A DNA stretch of 63,562 nt, counting the filler. It is 4 parts of 4 records of this genome, joined end to end, with 100 filler letters (N's around TTAATTAATTAA, not from the genome) between each part and the next. Parts side by side here need not be neighbours in the genome. Positions count along the whole stretch, not along the records: positions 7,851 to 34,087 come from DRR723986_5788; positions 34,188 to 57,370 come from DRR723986_5792; 2 more parts are not named here. One strand, given 5' to 3'. Positions within the stretch are counted from its first letter, which is position 1; each line of letters starts with the position of its first letter. The translations under genes were made by a program, and so were the position numbers. Positions 28,941 to 38,281 of the stretch are shown here, in pieces. Below the pieces are notes generated by a model that saw nothing but the letters and a program-made list of their open reading frames with translations, was not told the origin of the DNA and ran no database searches.

Positions 28941-30197
28941 ATGCAAGCTGAAGCTCCGTTCCTGCAGGCACTGTCCTCGTGCGAAGGTCGTATCACTAAA
29001 ATTCTGGTAAGTTTTCCAACCGCATTGGATAATTACGATCAAATACTTGAGCGCTTTCGTGGTTTGTTTATTGCCATGCAGACGCGTCCAATTGAGTTTG
29101 TAATTGTTACGTGCACCGACCATCCGGAGCTTTCACACTTTGCAAAAAAGCATGCTGACTTCCTCCGCCGCGAACTTGCCAGAGTGGCGGAGGATGTGGG
29201 CTGCAAGCCTACGCTTACAGTTGTTCCAGTATTCAAAGGGGGCCGCAGTAATGTGGAACTGAGTGCATGGGTACAGGACTACTTTTATGTCCTGCAAAAT
29301 CAATCGCTCGGCATCACGGCCCTCCTGGAAACGATTGACTTTGAGCCAAAGCCCAAGAGTTCGCTTAACACCCATATTGCTGACGCAGTCGCCGCAGCCA
29401 AGGGCTATCTACTTAAACCCGTGCGTCCCAAAATTGTTGGTGGTGATGTCCTGGTAAACGGCACCTGGGCAGTAGTCGGCAACACAATCTTTAGCGGCAG
29501 CCTGGAGGTCAAAAACAGTTTTGAACGCGCACAATGGCGTGAGGCTGAGGCCTTCTTGAAGAAATCCCTGGGAGTAGAACACATCATCTGGGCATTCTTT
29601 GATCCCTCAGAACACGAGTTGGAGCGCTCCGGCAAACAGTTTGAAAACTCCTTTAACAGCTGCTTTAACAGCTTCCTGCAACATTTGGACTATTTCGTAA
29701 CACTTGGTGGCCCCAGTGCCGCCGATGAGCGTAAACAAACCATCTTTGTTGCCAGTGTTGAGGAACGCCACTGTATCGACATAAACTGGGCAACTACGCC
29801 GGGAGTTCGCCTGCTTTCTGAAAAATTGGACCTGCTGGCTGAGCGCTTTAACAACTACCGGCTTGGATCACTGCAATTTGAGGTGAAACGGCTGCCGCTG
29901 ATCGCTGCACGGCAAATCAGCATGGTCCTGTATTCATTCAACAATTGTCTAATCGAAGTCGATGATGGCGTGCGCAATGCCTACCTGCCCGTGCACCTGC
30001 CACATACTAGTGGTAAAGCCAAATACATTGTAATTCAGGCCTACAAAGAGGCACGTGCAAGTTTCGTTAGCGCAGGGTTTAATGTCATTCCGGTTAACGG
30101 CCACTTCCCCGGCGCAATTGGACGTCGCGGATCCTTGCACTGTGCTTTAAAAATATTAGAACGTTCGAATTCTGTCGCAGCAAGCTGCCCGCTGTGA
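28941..30197 (+). CDS. Pentein-fold guanidino-modifying enzyme (PAD-like), module C
   Basis: SCEGRIT, WVQD, GGDVLV, HLDYF, FNNC, GSLHCALK; paralog of 20822-22447. Confidence 0.82.
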   Translation: MQAEAPFLQALSSCEGRITKILVSFPTALDNYDQILERFRGLFIAMQTRPIEFVIVTCTDHPELSHFAKKHADFLRRELARVAEDVGCKPTLTVVPVFKGGRSNVELSAWVQDYFYVLQNQSLGITALLETIDFEPKPKSSLNTHIADAVAAAKGYLLKPVRPKIVGGDVLVNGTWAVVGNTIFSGSLEVKNSFERAQWREAEAFLKKSLGVEHIIWAFFDPSEHELERSGKQFENSFNSCFNSFLQHLDYFVTLGGPSAADERKQTIFVASVEERHCIDINWATTPGVRLLSEKLDLLAERFNNYRLGSLQFEVKRLPLIAARQISMVLYSFNNCLIEVDDGVRNAYLPVHLPHTSGKAKYIVIQAYKEARASFVSAGFNVIPVNGHFPGAIGRRGSLHCALKILERSNSVAASCPL

Positions 30198-30245
30198 CGG
30201 AGGCCGAATTTAACTCAACCCACACACATTCAAATGAGTTAAACC

Positions 30246-30914
30246 ATGGATATTGAACACTTTCTGCAGGCCGCTTTTAGCGGCAATGTCCGCAAAGTCC
30301 AAACTGGCTTGCGCAGGGGCATTGATGTTAATATCAATGCCAAAAATGGCATGAGTCTGCTGATGATATCGATCTGGCATCACGCCAATCTGCCAATGGT
30401 GCGCTACCTGCTGCAAATGGGCGCAGACATGCGATATCGCCAGCCCTCAACTGGATGGAATGCTTTGACCTATGCAGCCCTCAACGGGCACCCGGAAGTT
30501 CTGCAATGCCTGTTTGACCACGGTGCACAGCTGGATGAACCCGGCGGCGACTGGCAGGCACTGATGTATTCCGTTAAATATGGCAACACTGCCTGTGCAG
30601 AAGTCCTGCTTCAAAACGGTGCAAAAATTAACACGCGCGATTACCGCAATCAGTCGCCACTCATGCGCGCAGCGCGCATGGCAAACTATGAAATGGTACA
30701 GCTGCTCTTGCAATATGGCGCAGATCCTAATCTGCAGGACAACCTGGGGATGACAGCCCTGATGTATGCTGTTGCATGTGATCACTTGCCGCTGACAGAA
30801 GCAATCTTAAGCGCCGGTGCTGATCGCCTGTATACGAATTCACATGGCCAGACCGCTAAAGACATCGCACTTGAAAAAAGTACCAATGAATTGATGCAGA
30901 TATTAAACGACTAA
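30246..30914 (+). CDS. Ankyrin-repeat protein (paralog of 15825-16493)
   Basis: Ankyrin motifs; shares AKNGMSLL, YRQPS, GDW.ALM and TALMYA with the other copy; also 222 aa. Confidence 0.93.
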   Translation: MDIEHFLQAAFSGNVRKVQTGLRRGIDVNINAKNGMSLLMISIWHHANLPMVRYLLQMGADMRYRQPSTGWNALTYAALNGHPEVLQCLFDHGAQLDEPGGDWQALMYSVKYGNTACAEVLLQNGAKINTRDYRNQSPLMRAARMANYEMVQLLLQYGADPNLQDNLGMTALMYAVACDHLPLTEAILSAGADRLYTNSHGQTAKDIALEKSTNELMQILND

Positions 30915-31166
30915 CCTAGCGCCCCTATTCCGTCGCATAACTGCCCCAGAGTCAAAAGTCTATCAGCTGACAAATCATAAACAGACTTAAAGACGGCCAG
31001 TTAACCACCGGCAACAGATTCCAATACTTCTGGGAACATTGAAGTAATAAGAGCAATACTTTGCCAGGCTATCAGTAGTGCACCCTTTGTGGTATGCCTC
31101 TCAAAGTCAAAGAAAACCATAAAAGCACAGCGATAACAGAAACGTATACATAAGAACCGCCTACAA

Positions 31167-31202
31167 CAAACAGGGCGTGAGCAAAAACTCACGCCCTGTT
31201 TG
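31167..31202. terminator. Probable bidirectional terminator
   Basis: CAAACAGGGCGTGAG-CAAAAA-CTCACGCCCTGTTTG perfect 15-bp stem. Confidence 0.75.
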
Positions 31203-31280
31203 CTAATAGAGCAAAGTATCTGTTAAGTTCAAGTATTGAGGCTACAGCGTATGCAACAGTAACCGGCAACACCGGCAGCA

Positions 31281-32783
31281 TTAATGTTGCACAATCAATC
31301 GCTGCACTACACGTTCGCCAGTTTCGCTGGTGACTGCGAGCAGATAAATACCTGAATGTGTCTCCGATGTATCAACTTCAATCGATCCTTGAAAACCGGC
31401 CTGTGCGTTTAAGTCCTGCACGTGCATGACTTTTCGTCCAAAGATGTCGTAAAGACTAACCGTTAAGTGTTGTTTCTCGCGTACTTGTATCGTAGCAAGT
31501 GCCAGCTCGCTGGCGGGGTTTGGATGCAGCATTTCCAGCGTAAAAGCCTCCGACTGTGAACGCCACACATCAAAATATGGGTCGCCTGCCAGGCCGCCGC
31601 CGGCAACGGCGAAGTCCCCTTCCTCTTCAACTACACTGGTTAAAACCTCTCGTTCTTCTTCCAACTCCGCTGCAATATGCTCCGGCAAAAGATCAATAAA
31701 TGTCTGATCGGCCCTGTACCACAAAATGATATCGAGTGGATAAACGCCGTCTTCGTCAGGATCCAGAAGGCGGAAGTGAATCGGCAAGAGAGTTTGGATA
31801 TTCAGCACCGGATCTTCGAGTGACGTTTTAACAATATCTCCGCTGCCTTCCAGTTTGCGTCTGGCATTTGGGCCATGCTGTTCAAAAATTGCATTGGCAG
31901 TAGCATTGTCTTCCAGATACCAAAACGCAGCAACATCGTCACGGTAGGTCATGACGCAGACGGGTACAATTCCGGGGGTTGCAAAACCATAAGCTTCATT
32001 GCCCTCAACAGGAGCGCCAAACCAGACTCGCATCATTTCATCGGAATTACTAAAAGTGATCTTCAGCGAGTCATTCGGATGTTCAAGTGGTGTCGGAAAC
32101 AATAACTCACGCTGATGCATATTCGGATAGGAATAATAATGGGGGCTCAATCCCATGTAGAAACAATTTAACTCACTACGACGGTACTCAATTCCAATCT
32201 GTCTAAGTTCCGCGGCATTTAACTCCAGCAGCCTGCAGCCTTCAATTTCAGCTGAATTAATCAAGTCTGAAAATCCGGACTTCGCTCTTTGAGCCCGGAT
32301 CTTTTCGCGAATTTTCGCAGCAAGAACTTCAGGATCGGTAGTTGGGATAAAAACATGACCTTCATCACTTTGAGATTCTTTTTCAGCCAGAAACATCATA
32401 TCTGATTCGTCTGCCCTGGCGTCCGAATCTGCCGCATCAGTCAGCCTGGGGGCGGGGCCCAACTGTTGGGCTTCTGGCTTAGTTTCAGGTTGAACTTCAG
32501 GTTGAATTTCAGACTGTACTTCAGGCTGAGACCGCTGCTCCACAAGAGACGTGATTTCGTCTGGGTTCAACGAAAATATTACGATCGCCGAAGCCAGAAC
32601 TATAATAGCACCCGTCATAGTTAACATTCCATATTTGCTTAATAGGATATGAGATAGTTTAAGCCCCGCATCAGCAGTCGCTGCATTTTCAACAGCGCTC
32701 CGGAGCTTTGAAACTGATTGCGGCGGCTCTACTTTGCGGGCCTCTTGAATATATGATTCGAGAGTTTTTTTGGTTGTACTCAT
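31281..32783 (-). CDS. Putative anti-sigma membrane protein with a C-terminal T9SS (Por secretion) tail-like domain
   Basis: Overlaps the ECF stop by 4 bp; one TM near residue 60; Q/P/E linker; C-terminal LHPNPA...SLYDIFGRKV...SGIYLL...RLIV. Confidence 0.7.
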   Translation of the reverse strand: MSTTKKTLESYIQEARKVEPPQSVSKLRSAVENAATADAGLKLSHILLSKYGMLTMTGAIIVLASAIVIFSLNPDEITSLVEQRSQPEVQSEIQPEVQPETKPEAQQLGPAPRLTDAADSDARADESDMMFLAEKESQSDEGHVFIPTTDPEVLAAKIREKIRAQRAKSGFSDLINSAEIEGCRLLELNAAELRQIGIEYRRSELNCFYMGLSPHYYSYPNMHQRELLFPTPLEHPNDSLKITFSNSDEMMRVWFGAPVEGNEAYGFATPGIVPVCVMTYRDDVAAFWYLEDNATANAIFEQHGPNARRKLEGSGDIVKTSLEDPVLNIQTLLPIHFRLLDPDEDGVYPLDIILWYRADQTFIDLLPEHIAAELEEEREVLTSVVEEEGDFAVAGGGLAGDPYFDVWRSQSEAFTLEMLHPNPASELALATIQVREKQHLTVSLYDIFGRKVMHVQDLNAQAGFQGSIEVDTSETHSGIYLLAVTSETGERVVQRLIVQH

Positions 32784-33370
32784 GGCAATTTCCCCTTGGG
32801 GATGAAGCGGAATGTGTGCGACTCAGAATTGCGAACTGTATCTTTGTTAACATTTTGCGGCATTGTTTCAACAGCATGCGCCCCGAGCAGTTCGGCCAGT
32901 TTCCGGCGCCCGCGGACCACACGTGCCTTTACCGCTGAGAGTGAAGCACCCTGGATTTCACTTATCTGCTTTAAGCTGCAGTCGGACAGTTCAAACAGCG
33001 CCACGGCTTCGCGTAATTTGCGTGGCAGCCGTCCCAACATTTCGTACAAAATCCGCGCATCAGCCGCCATTTCGGGGCTCGTACTCGTCGCTGCAATTGT
33101 CTCATTCACACTCTCATCCAGCCGGGTAAATCGCGACCCGCGCCACAGACGGCGTTTATGGACGCGGCTGCAAATCGTAAACAGAAAACTTTTAAACGAG
33201 GCCTTGTCACGCAAACTCTCAAATGCACGCAAGGCCGCCAGGACCGTCTCACCAACGGTATCTTCGGCATCCTCATGGGAAGCTGTCAGCGCCATTGCAA
33301 AACGGAACAAGTCCCTGTGGTACTCGCTCAGCAACTCCCAAAACTCGGCATCCGCCTGCTGTCTATTCAT
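32780..33370 (-). CDS. ECF-type RNA polymerase sigma factor
   Basis: DAEDTVGET and FKSFLFTI (region 2); LPRKLREAVAL...SLKQISEIQGASLSAVKARVVRGRRKL (region 4). Confidence 0.92.
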   Translation of the reverse strand: MNRQQADAEFWELLSEYHRDLFRFAMALTASHEDAEDTVGETVLAALRAFESLRDKASFKSFLFTICSRVHKRRLWRGSRFTRLDESVNETIAATSTSPEMAADARILYEMLGRLPRKLREAVALFELSDCSLKQISEIQGASLSAVKARVVRGRRKLAELLGAHAVETMPQNVNKDTVRNSESHTFRFIPKGKLP

Positions 33371-33546
33371 GTATCTGTTATCGTCCGTATCATTGTTTCA
33401 GTACATTAGTGTCACGAGCCGCGTAAAAAGTTAAATCTAGCCCAAATATTTTTTTTCGGAGAATCTTTTGGTATGGCGTATTGGCTATTTTGGGTGGTTC
33501 GCGAATTCCAAACTGGGTTTACAACAGCACTGTCCGCAGGCAACTC

Positions 33547-33615
33547 TTGAGCGCTTGCGCCCCTGGCACTCCGCTTTGGCTTCGTTTTAGTGGCTGGCTT
33601 ATGTTCTTGTTTGTC
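33547..33615 (+). repeat. Dispersed intergenic repeat, copy 3
   Basis: TTGAGCGCTTGCGCCCCT...GTGGCTGGCTT...TTCTTGTTTGT. Confidence 0.6.
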
Positions 33616-34087
33616 GCTGTGTCCCCATCCCAAAGTCTTTCAGCCCAAATGTTTTTTGTTTAAGGGCTTTGTGTGTGAATCCACATTTCGGTCTTGCAGT
33701 ATCAGGCGCAAATTCTTGAGCATCCGGCCTCATCCGTAATTTCTCGGGCGATGGCTCTCAGGCAGGAGCGCCGGGACTCCGGTCTGAGATTCCAGACTAT
33801 AGTCTCTATGACTTAAAACACATGGATCAAAAGATTTGGTCTCAAGAGTTCGAGATAGTCTTGAGGCTGGCAGGCATGTGGCTAAGTGGTTAGTGGTTGA
33901 CGCGGTTGATTGAGTCATCGACAGTTGGTTAGAATTCTGTCGCTACAGTCTGCGGCGCACTATTCCGCCGGCGAACGTTGCGCTTTAAGCAGGAGGCGCA
34001 CAAGCCCGATGATTTGTTAGAGTTTGTACCACTGAATCTGTTTGCCTTGACTTGAGTTCGCGATAATCTGCAATTTGTAGGTGGGGG

Positions 34088-34187
34088 NNNNNNNNNNNNN
34101 NNNNNNNNNNNNNNNNNNNNNNNNNNNNNNNTTAATTAATTAANNNNNNNNNNNNNNNNNNNNNNNNNNNNNNNNNNNNNNNNNNNN
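34088..34187. other. Artificial contig spacer
   Basis: N-run with TTAATTAATTAA linker. Confidence 0.98.
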
Positions 34188-34215
34188 ATCAATTATCAAT
34201 TATCAATTATCAATT
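34188..34215. repeat. Heptamer tandem repeat ATCAATT x4
   Basis: Read directly at the contig start. Confidence 0.9.
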
Positions 34216-34293
34216 ATGGCGAAACTGAAAGACAGTAAGAAGGTTTCACAATTCAAAAATAATTAACTACTAACCACACTTTATAATAAACAC

Positions 34294-34782
34294 ATGAAAA
34301 AGCTATTCTTAACCCTAGCATTAATTGGAGCAGCGATATCCGTTCAGGCACAGAGCAAAAGTGTCAAGGCTCTTTATGAAAAATATAAAGGCGAAGACGA
34401 CTTCTTCCACATGGAGCTTGGAGGCAATTTCATGAACTTTGCCGAAGGCTTCAAAATTGACATTGATGAGAATGACATGGCTACTGTGGCGAAGTCAATC
34501 GAAAAATTAAACTTCTTTACCCTTCCCGATCATGCAGATGCAGGAAGAGTAGAATATAAAACATTACAAAAAGGCCTTGAGAAAGAAAGGTACGATCTCT
34601 TAATGGAGGCGTCTGAAGGCAAAAAAGGAGGAGTGATGGTCTATTCTAAAGGAGGAAATAAGATATCTGACTTGGTAGTCCTCGTAGGCGGTGATGATGG
34701 AGACTTAATTGTGGTAGAACTCAAAGGATCATTTGACCAAGAATTGGTAGCAAGAGCTGCTAATTATAAAGGAAAAAACTAA
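34294..34782 (+). CDS. DUF4252-like secreted protein
   Basis: Signal peptide, YEKYKG, YDLLM, ISDLVVLV...VVELKGSFD pattern typical of Bacteroidota DUF4252. Confidence 0.75.
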   Translation: MKKLFLTLALIGAAISVQAQSKSVKALYEKYKGEDDFFHMELGGNFMNFAEGFKIDIDENDMATVAKSIEKLNFFTLPDHADAGRVEYKTLQKGLEKERYDLLMEASEGKKGGVMVYSKGGNKISDLVVLVGGDDGDLIVVELKGSFDQELVARAANYKGKN

Positions 34783-35369
34783 TATCTCTCAAAACTTCGG
34801 AATTGGATTGATTCCAATTTTTGCAATAATTTTAAAAACAGGTTTAGAAAATTGACTCTAGACCTGTTTTTTTTGTTTGTATTTAAAAGGCAGGGTAAAT
34901 AAAAAGCATTTTTCACCAACACTTGTTGTTGATTTAAATCAAATCAGGTGGAATTTGACCCCAATCAAAACTCCTTTTCAAAAGTTTTTTTAATTTTTTT
35001 TCACAAAATATACATTGGTGAAGAATAGATATCTCTTTGGGGCATAAATATAATATTTGGTAAAAACATTAAAAACAAATATATATTCTATAAATCGGCC
35101 AGTTTTCAGAACACAACAAGTTTCGCTATCGATTGCGAAAGCATTTTATTAAATCCGCAAATATTAAAGCGATTCATTACCAAATCATTAACAATGATCT
35201 TTTTTTATTGAAGTATTTGCAATTGATAATTTCAGTCGTACCTTTGAATCGTAATAACAAACCAATCGGTAACCGAATTGAATTACAGCCCAAATTTCCC
35301 CACCTGAGACGGAGCAGCCGTCAGGCGGTTAATTTGAAAAATTAGAACCTATTCAAACCAATTATTAAA

Positions 35370-35936
35370 ATGAAAAAATTATTCACATTGCTTTTCGTAG
35401 CGGGGATCGCTGCAGGAGCGTTTGCCAAATCAGAAGGTACATCTGTCTTAATTAGACAAACTGAAACTACTAAGGTTGCAGTATCCTTCAATGAAGCACC
35501 ACAAGGAACTGTGATTGTTAAAATCACAGATTCTGAAGATCGTTTGATCTTGAGAGACAGAATCACTAAGGATGAAGCTTTTGCTAAGAAATACGATCTT
35601 AAAGCTCTTCCTCAAGGAAACTACTCTGTAGAAGTAACGGACGAATCAGGCGTATTGAGAACTGCTTCTTTCAACAACTTTGTAGCAGAGACTCCAGCTG
35701 TATTCTCAAGAGTTTCTCCAATGGGAGACAACAAATACAGATTGCTAGTAAGCAACCTTGACGCGAAGGACATCGAAGTGATGATCTATGACGGAGACAA
35801 TTTGATCCACACTGAGAAAATTGACAATCCTCAAGGACTTCACAAAATTTACTCTTTCGATAAAGTAAGTGGAGCAGGTATCAACTTTAAAGTGAAAACT
35901 GCATCAGGATTCGAAGGATATGTAACTAGCCTATAA
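35370..35936 (+). CDS. Secreted beta-sandwich protein of unknown function
   Basis: Signal peptide; two repeats of the KKYDL..LP.G.Y type; followed by a terminator. Confidence 0.7.
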   Translation: MKKLFTLLFVAGIAAGAFAKSEGTSVLIRQTETTKVAVSFNEAPQGTVIVKITDSEDRLILRDRITKDEAFAKKYDLKALPQGNYSVEVTDESGVLRTASFNNFVAETPAVFSRVSPMGDNKYRLLVSNLDAKDIEVMIYDGDNLIHTEKIDNPQGLHKIYSFDKVSGAGINFKVKTASGFEGYVTSL

Positions 35937-35959
35937 GCTAAACCAACTTCATATAAACT

Positions 35960-35989
35960 AACCCCGCTTGAGCAATCAAGCGGGGTTTT
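35960..35989 (+). terminator. Rho-independent terminator
   Basis: AACCCCGCTTGA-GCAA-TCAAGCGGGGTTTT. Confidence 0.85.
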
Positions 35990-36004
35990 GTTGTTTAAGG
36001 TGAC

Positions 36005-36449
36005 TTAACCGCGGTGGTCACAGAGATAAACGCGGAGAGCGCAGTTTAGAAATGAATTTATGCTGGGGCAATAGATAAAACTTTTACCATTGTCTGACTG
36101 AGCGAAGCCGAAGTCCAATTACAGCGCCTTTAACACCATTTCTAAGCCAATGGATCTGCGGGGCGTTCTGTGTTATTCTACATATAATGTTATCCTGCTT
36201 CTCCAGAAGCAGGATTTTATCTATACAATAAATTAGCCCCGTACCTAAAGGCACGGCAGATAGCACCATCAACTTTCCTTTCCACCCATAGTTTTTCCCT
36301 AAATGGACGTGCAAAAAGAAAAAAATAGCCTCCTTGAGCTGCCGCAAGGCCTTCAAATCAAATATTTCGATCCAATTTTTACACAATAGAATTCAATAGA
36401 ACACAAACTTTCGAACTCTGCGTTAACCTCCGTGTACATTGCGGTTAAA
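36005..36449. repeat. Inverted pair of REP-like elements (TTAACCGC...CRC.GAG...CGC.GAG) enclosing other REP-like palindromes
   Basis: 36005-36044 (+) and 36414-36449 (-); same family as 43313-43351 and 43476-43514. Confidence 0.65.
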
Positions 36450-36541
36450 CCAAAAAATGCGAAGCATCTCTGCTCCGCATTCGTTTCTTTATTATTAAAC
36501 CGACTGATCAATGAATACTGATCACTGCGGCTTTACTTTTA

Positions 36542-38278
36542 CTATTTCTTCCAACTAGCCTTTCCACCTTTGGCAGAATCAACAGTGATAGAATAATTAG
36601 AGCCTGAAGAAACAATCCACTTCACTTTCACTCCAGTCATACCAGGCACATTATCTACCTGTATTTTCTCAGGATTATTTTTTTGCTCCGACAATTTATT
36701 GAAGTCTTCATCTTCCACCACAAATCCAGCCACTACCTTAGCACCTGAAATGGTCACATTGTCTGGCCGCTCAATTTTGTATTTGAGATCCTGACTAGCG
36801 TGAGTTGGCATCAGGCGCTCGTTATAGATCGTTGCTGTAATTGCTTTTAATCCTCCACCAAGGTCTTCCTCTTTAACATCCATGATGGAAAGCTTTGGCG
36901 TGTGATAGGCATGATAAATCGTGAAAGCTACATTTCTATGTGCATCTTGCTCTAGCAAGAAACCTGGATGAGCCCGCCCGAAAGTCTTTTTAAACCCTCC
37001 TATTTCCACTGTTCCAAATTGTGGATGCTCAAATTCTTTCCACATCACAAAAGCATCGCCCATAGTCAAGAATTCATCAACTTCGAACATTTCATTTTGA
37101 CCACCGCCTTGTTTGTGGAAATACAAATACGGAACCATCAGCTCATTGGAAAAGGTAAAAACCCCTCTCACTCCGTAAAACCAATCCAGTTCTCCACCGA
37201 AAACAGAGTACAAATCTTTATATACCGTCAGATATCTATATCCTGGAATCATTTCTTCACCCTTTTGCCCGAGCGCATCATAGATTCGAATATCGTTTCT
37301 GTTATAGGTGCTTACATCCTCTTCGGCACCTGGACCTCTGAGGATCATTCCGCCTGAATTGTGGAAACTTTGAGCTCCTGCGATATTCGGATGCTTCATT
37401 ACAAATTCCATTATCGACCGGTTTTCAGGCAAGGTAAATGGATACTTCAATGCGCCACGCTGAATGTAGTCTGGTTGCCAATTCCAACCCCAGTCTCTAT
37501 TTGGATCATAATAGCCTACGCCATCGTCATTCACGCGACCATCACCATCACCATCCGTGCCTTCCTGACCCAACATTTCATACTCACCCATTTTATCCGC
37601 ACCTACCATAATCAGTTTGCGTGGATCCTGTGGGTCTTTGATATAGCGACCAGTCGGAGATTTTCTAATCATCATTGTGATGTGTCCATCGCCATCCAGA
37701 TCATCCATTCCATCTTCCCCAGCTACCCCATCTCCATCATTATCTAAGATCATCATCCCGGATCGTGGTGAATTTGCAGTATTTGGCTCCAAGAAAAAGT
37801 CATTTCTTGCATCTGGATTTATGGTTGGTGTGATGTAAAACACCTTGTCCTTCAGGAGCTGCTGGATAAATTCATTATCAGCAAACATCTCTGTGAGGTA
37901 CCAAGCACCATAAAGAGAAAATTCTCCGCCCTGGATTTCATTGGAGTGAATATTCCCATCGATCCACATTCCTGGTTTATCGGTATCTTTTCCGGTGGCA
38001 AAATCCGTAATCGTCAATGTCCACATGTCCCTGCCCTCGTAGGATTTACCGATTGATTCCAATTTGGCAAGGTTAGGATGCGCTGCGGCGATCTTCTTCA
38101 TATTATCCACCAAACCCTCGTAAGTATAATAGCGATTGAAAGCGATATCTACTTTTGGATTGTGTGGAGTACCGACTGCGCGGAAAAATTTCTCCTGCGC
38201 ATCTGCTTTATAACTTCCTAGGCTAAGTACTCCAACAGCCAAGGCAATGAGCATTTTTGTTGTTTTCATCTTTTTCAT
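36542..38278 (-). CDS. M14 family zinc carboxypeptidase with DxDxDG Ca-binding motifs
   Basis: Signal peptide; NIHSNE (HxxE), NPD, DPNRDW, SFHNSGG; DNDGDG, DLDGDG and DGDGDG motifs. Confidence 0.9.
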   Translation of the reverse strand: MKKMKTTKMLIALAVGVLSLGSYKADAQEKFFRAVGTPHNPKVDIAFNRYYTYEGLVDNMKKIAAAHPNLAKLESIGKSYEGRDMWTLTITDFATGKDTDKPGMWIDGNIHSNEIQGGEFSLYGAWYLTEMFADNEFIQQLLKDKVFYITPTINPDARNDFFLEPNTANSPRSGMMILDNDGDGVAGEDGMDDLDGDGHITMMIRKSPTGRYIKDPQDPRKLIMVGADKMGEYEMLGQEGTDGDGDGRVNDDGVGYYDPNRDWGWNWQPDYIQRGALKYPFTLPENRSIMEFVMKHPNIAGAQSFHNSGGMILRGPGAEEDVSTYNRNDIRIYDALGQKGEEMIPGYRYLTVYKDLYSVFGGELDWFYGVRGVFTFSNELMVPYLYFHKQGGGQNEMFEVDEFLTMGDAFVMWKEFEHPQFGTVEIGGFKKTFGRAHPGFLLEQDAHRNVAFTIYHAYHTPKLSIMDVKEEDLGGGLKAITATIYNERLMPTHASQDLKYKIERPDNVTISGAKVVAGFVVEDEDFNKLSEQKNNPEKIQVDNVPGMTGVKVKWIVSSGSNYSITVDSAKGGKASWKK

Positions 38279-38281
38279 GGC

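Noticed and set aside
8004-30914. Modules as a known anti-phage defence or toxin-antitoxin system
   Set aside because: No nuclease, NTPase, TIR/SIR2, RT or recognisable toxin motifs. The divergent layout fits regulation better, though defence cannot be excluded without a search.
33371-34087. Short ORFs or a known ncRNA in the 700-bp gap
   Set aside because: No convincing coding signal and no recognisable tRNA, rRNA or riboswitch; only the dispersed repeat is supported.
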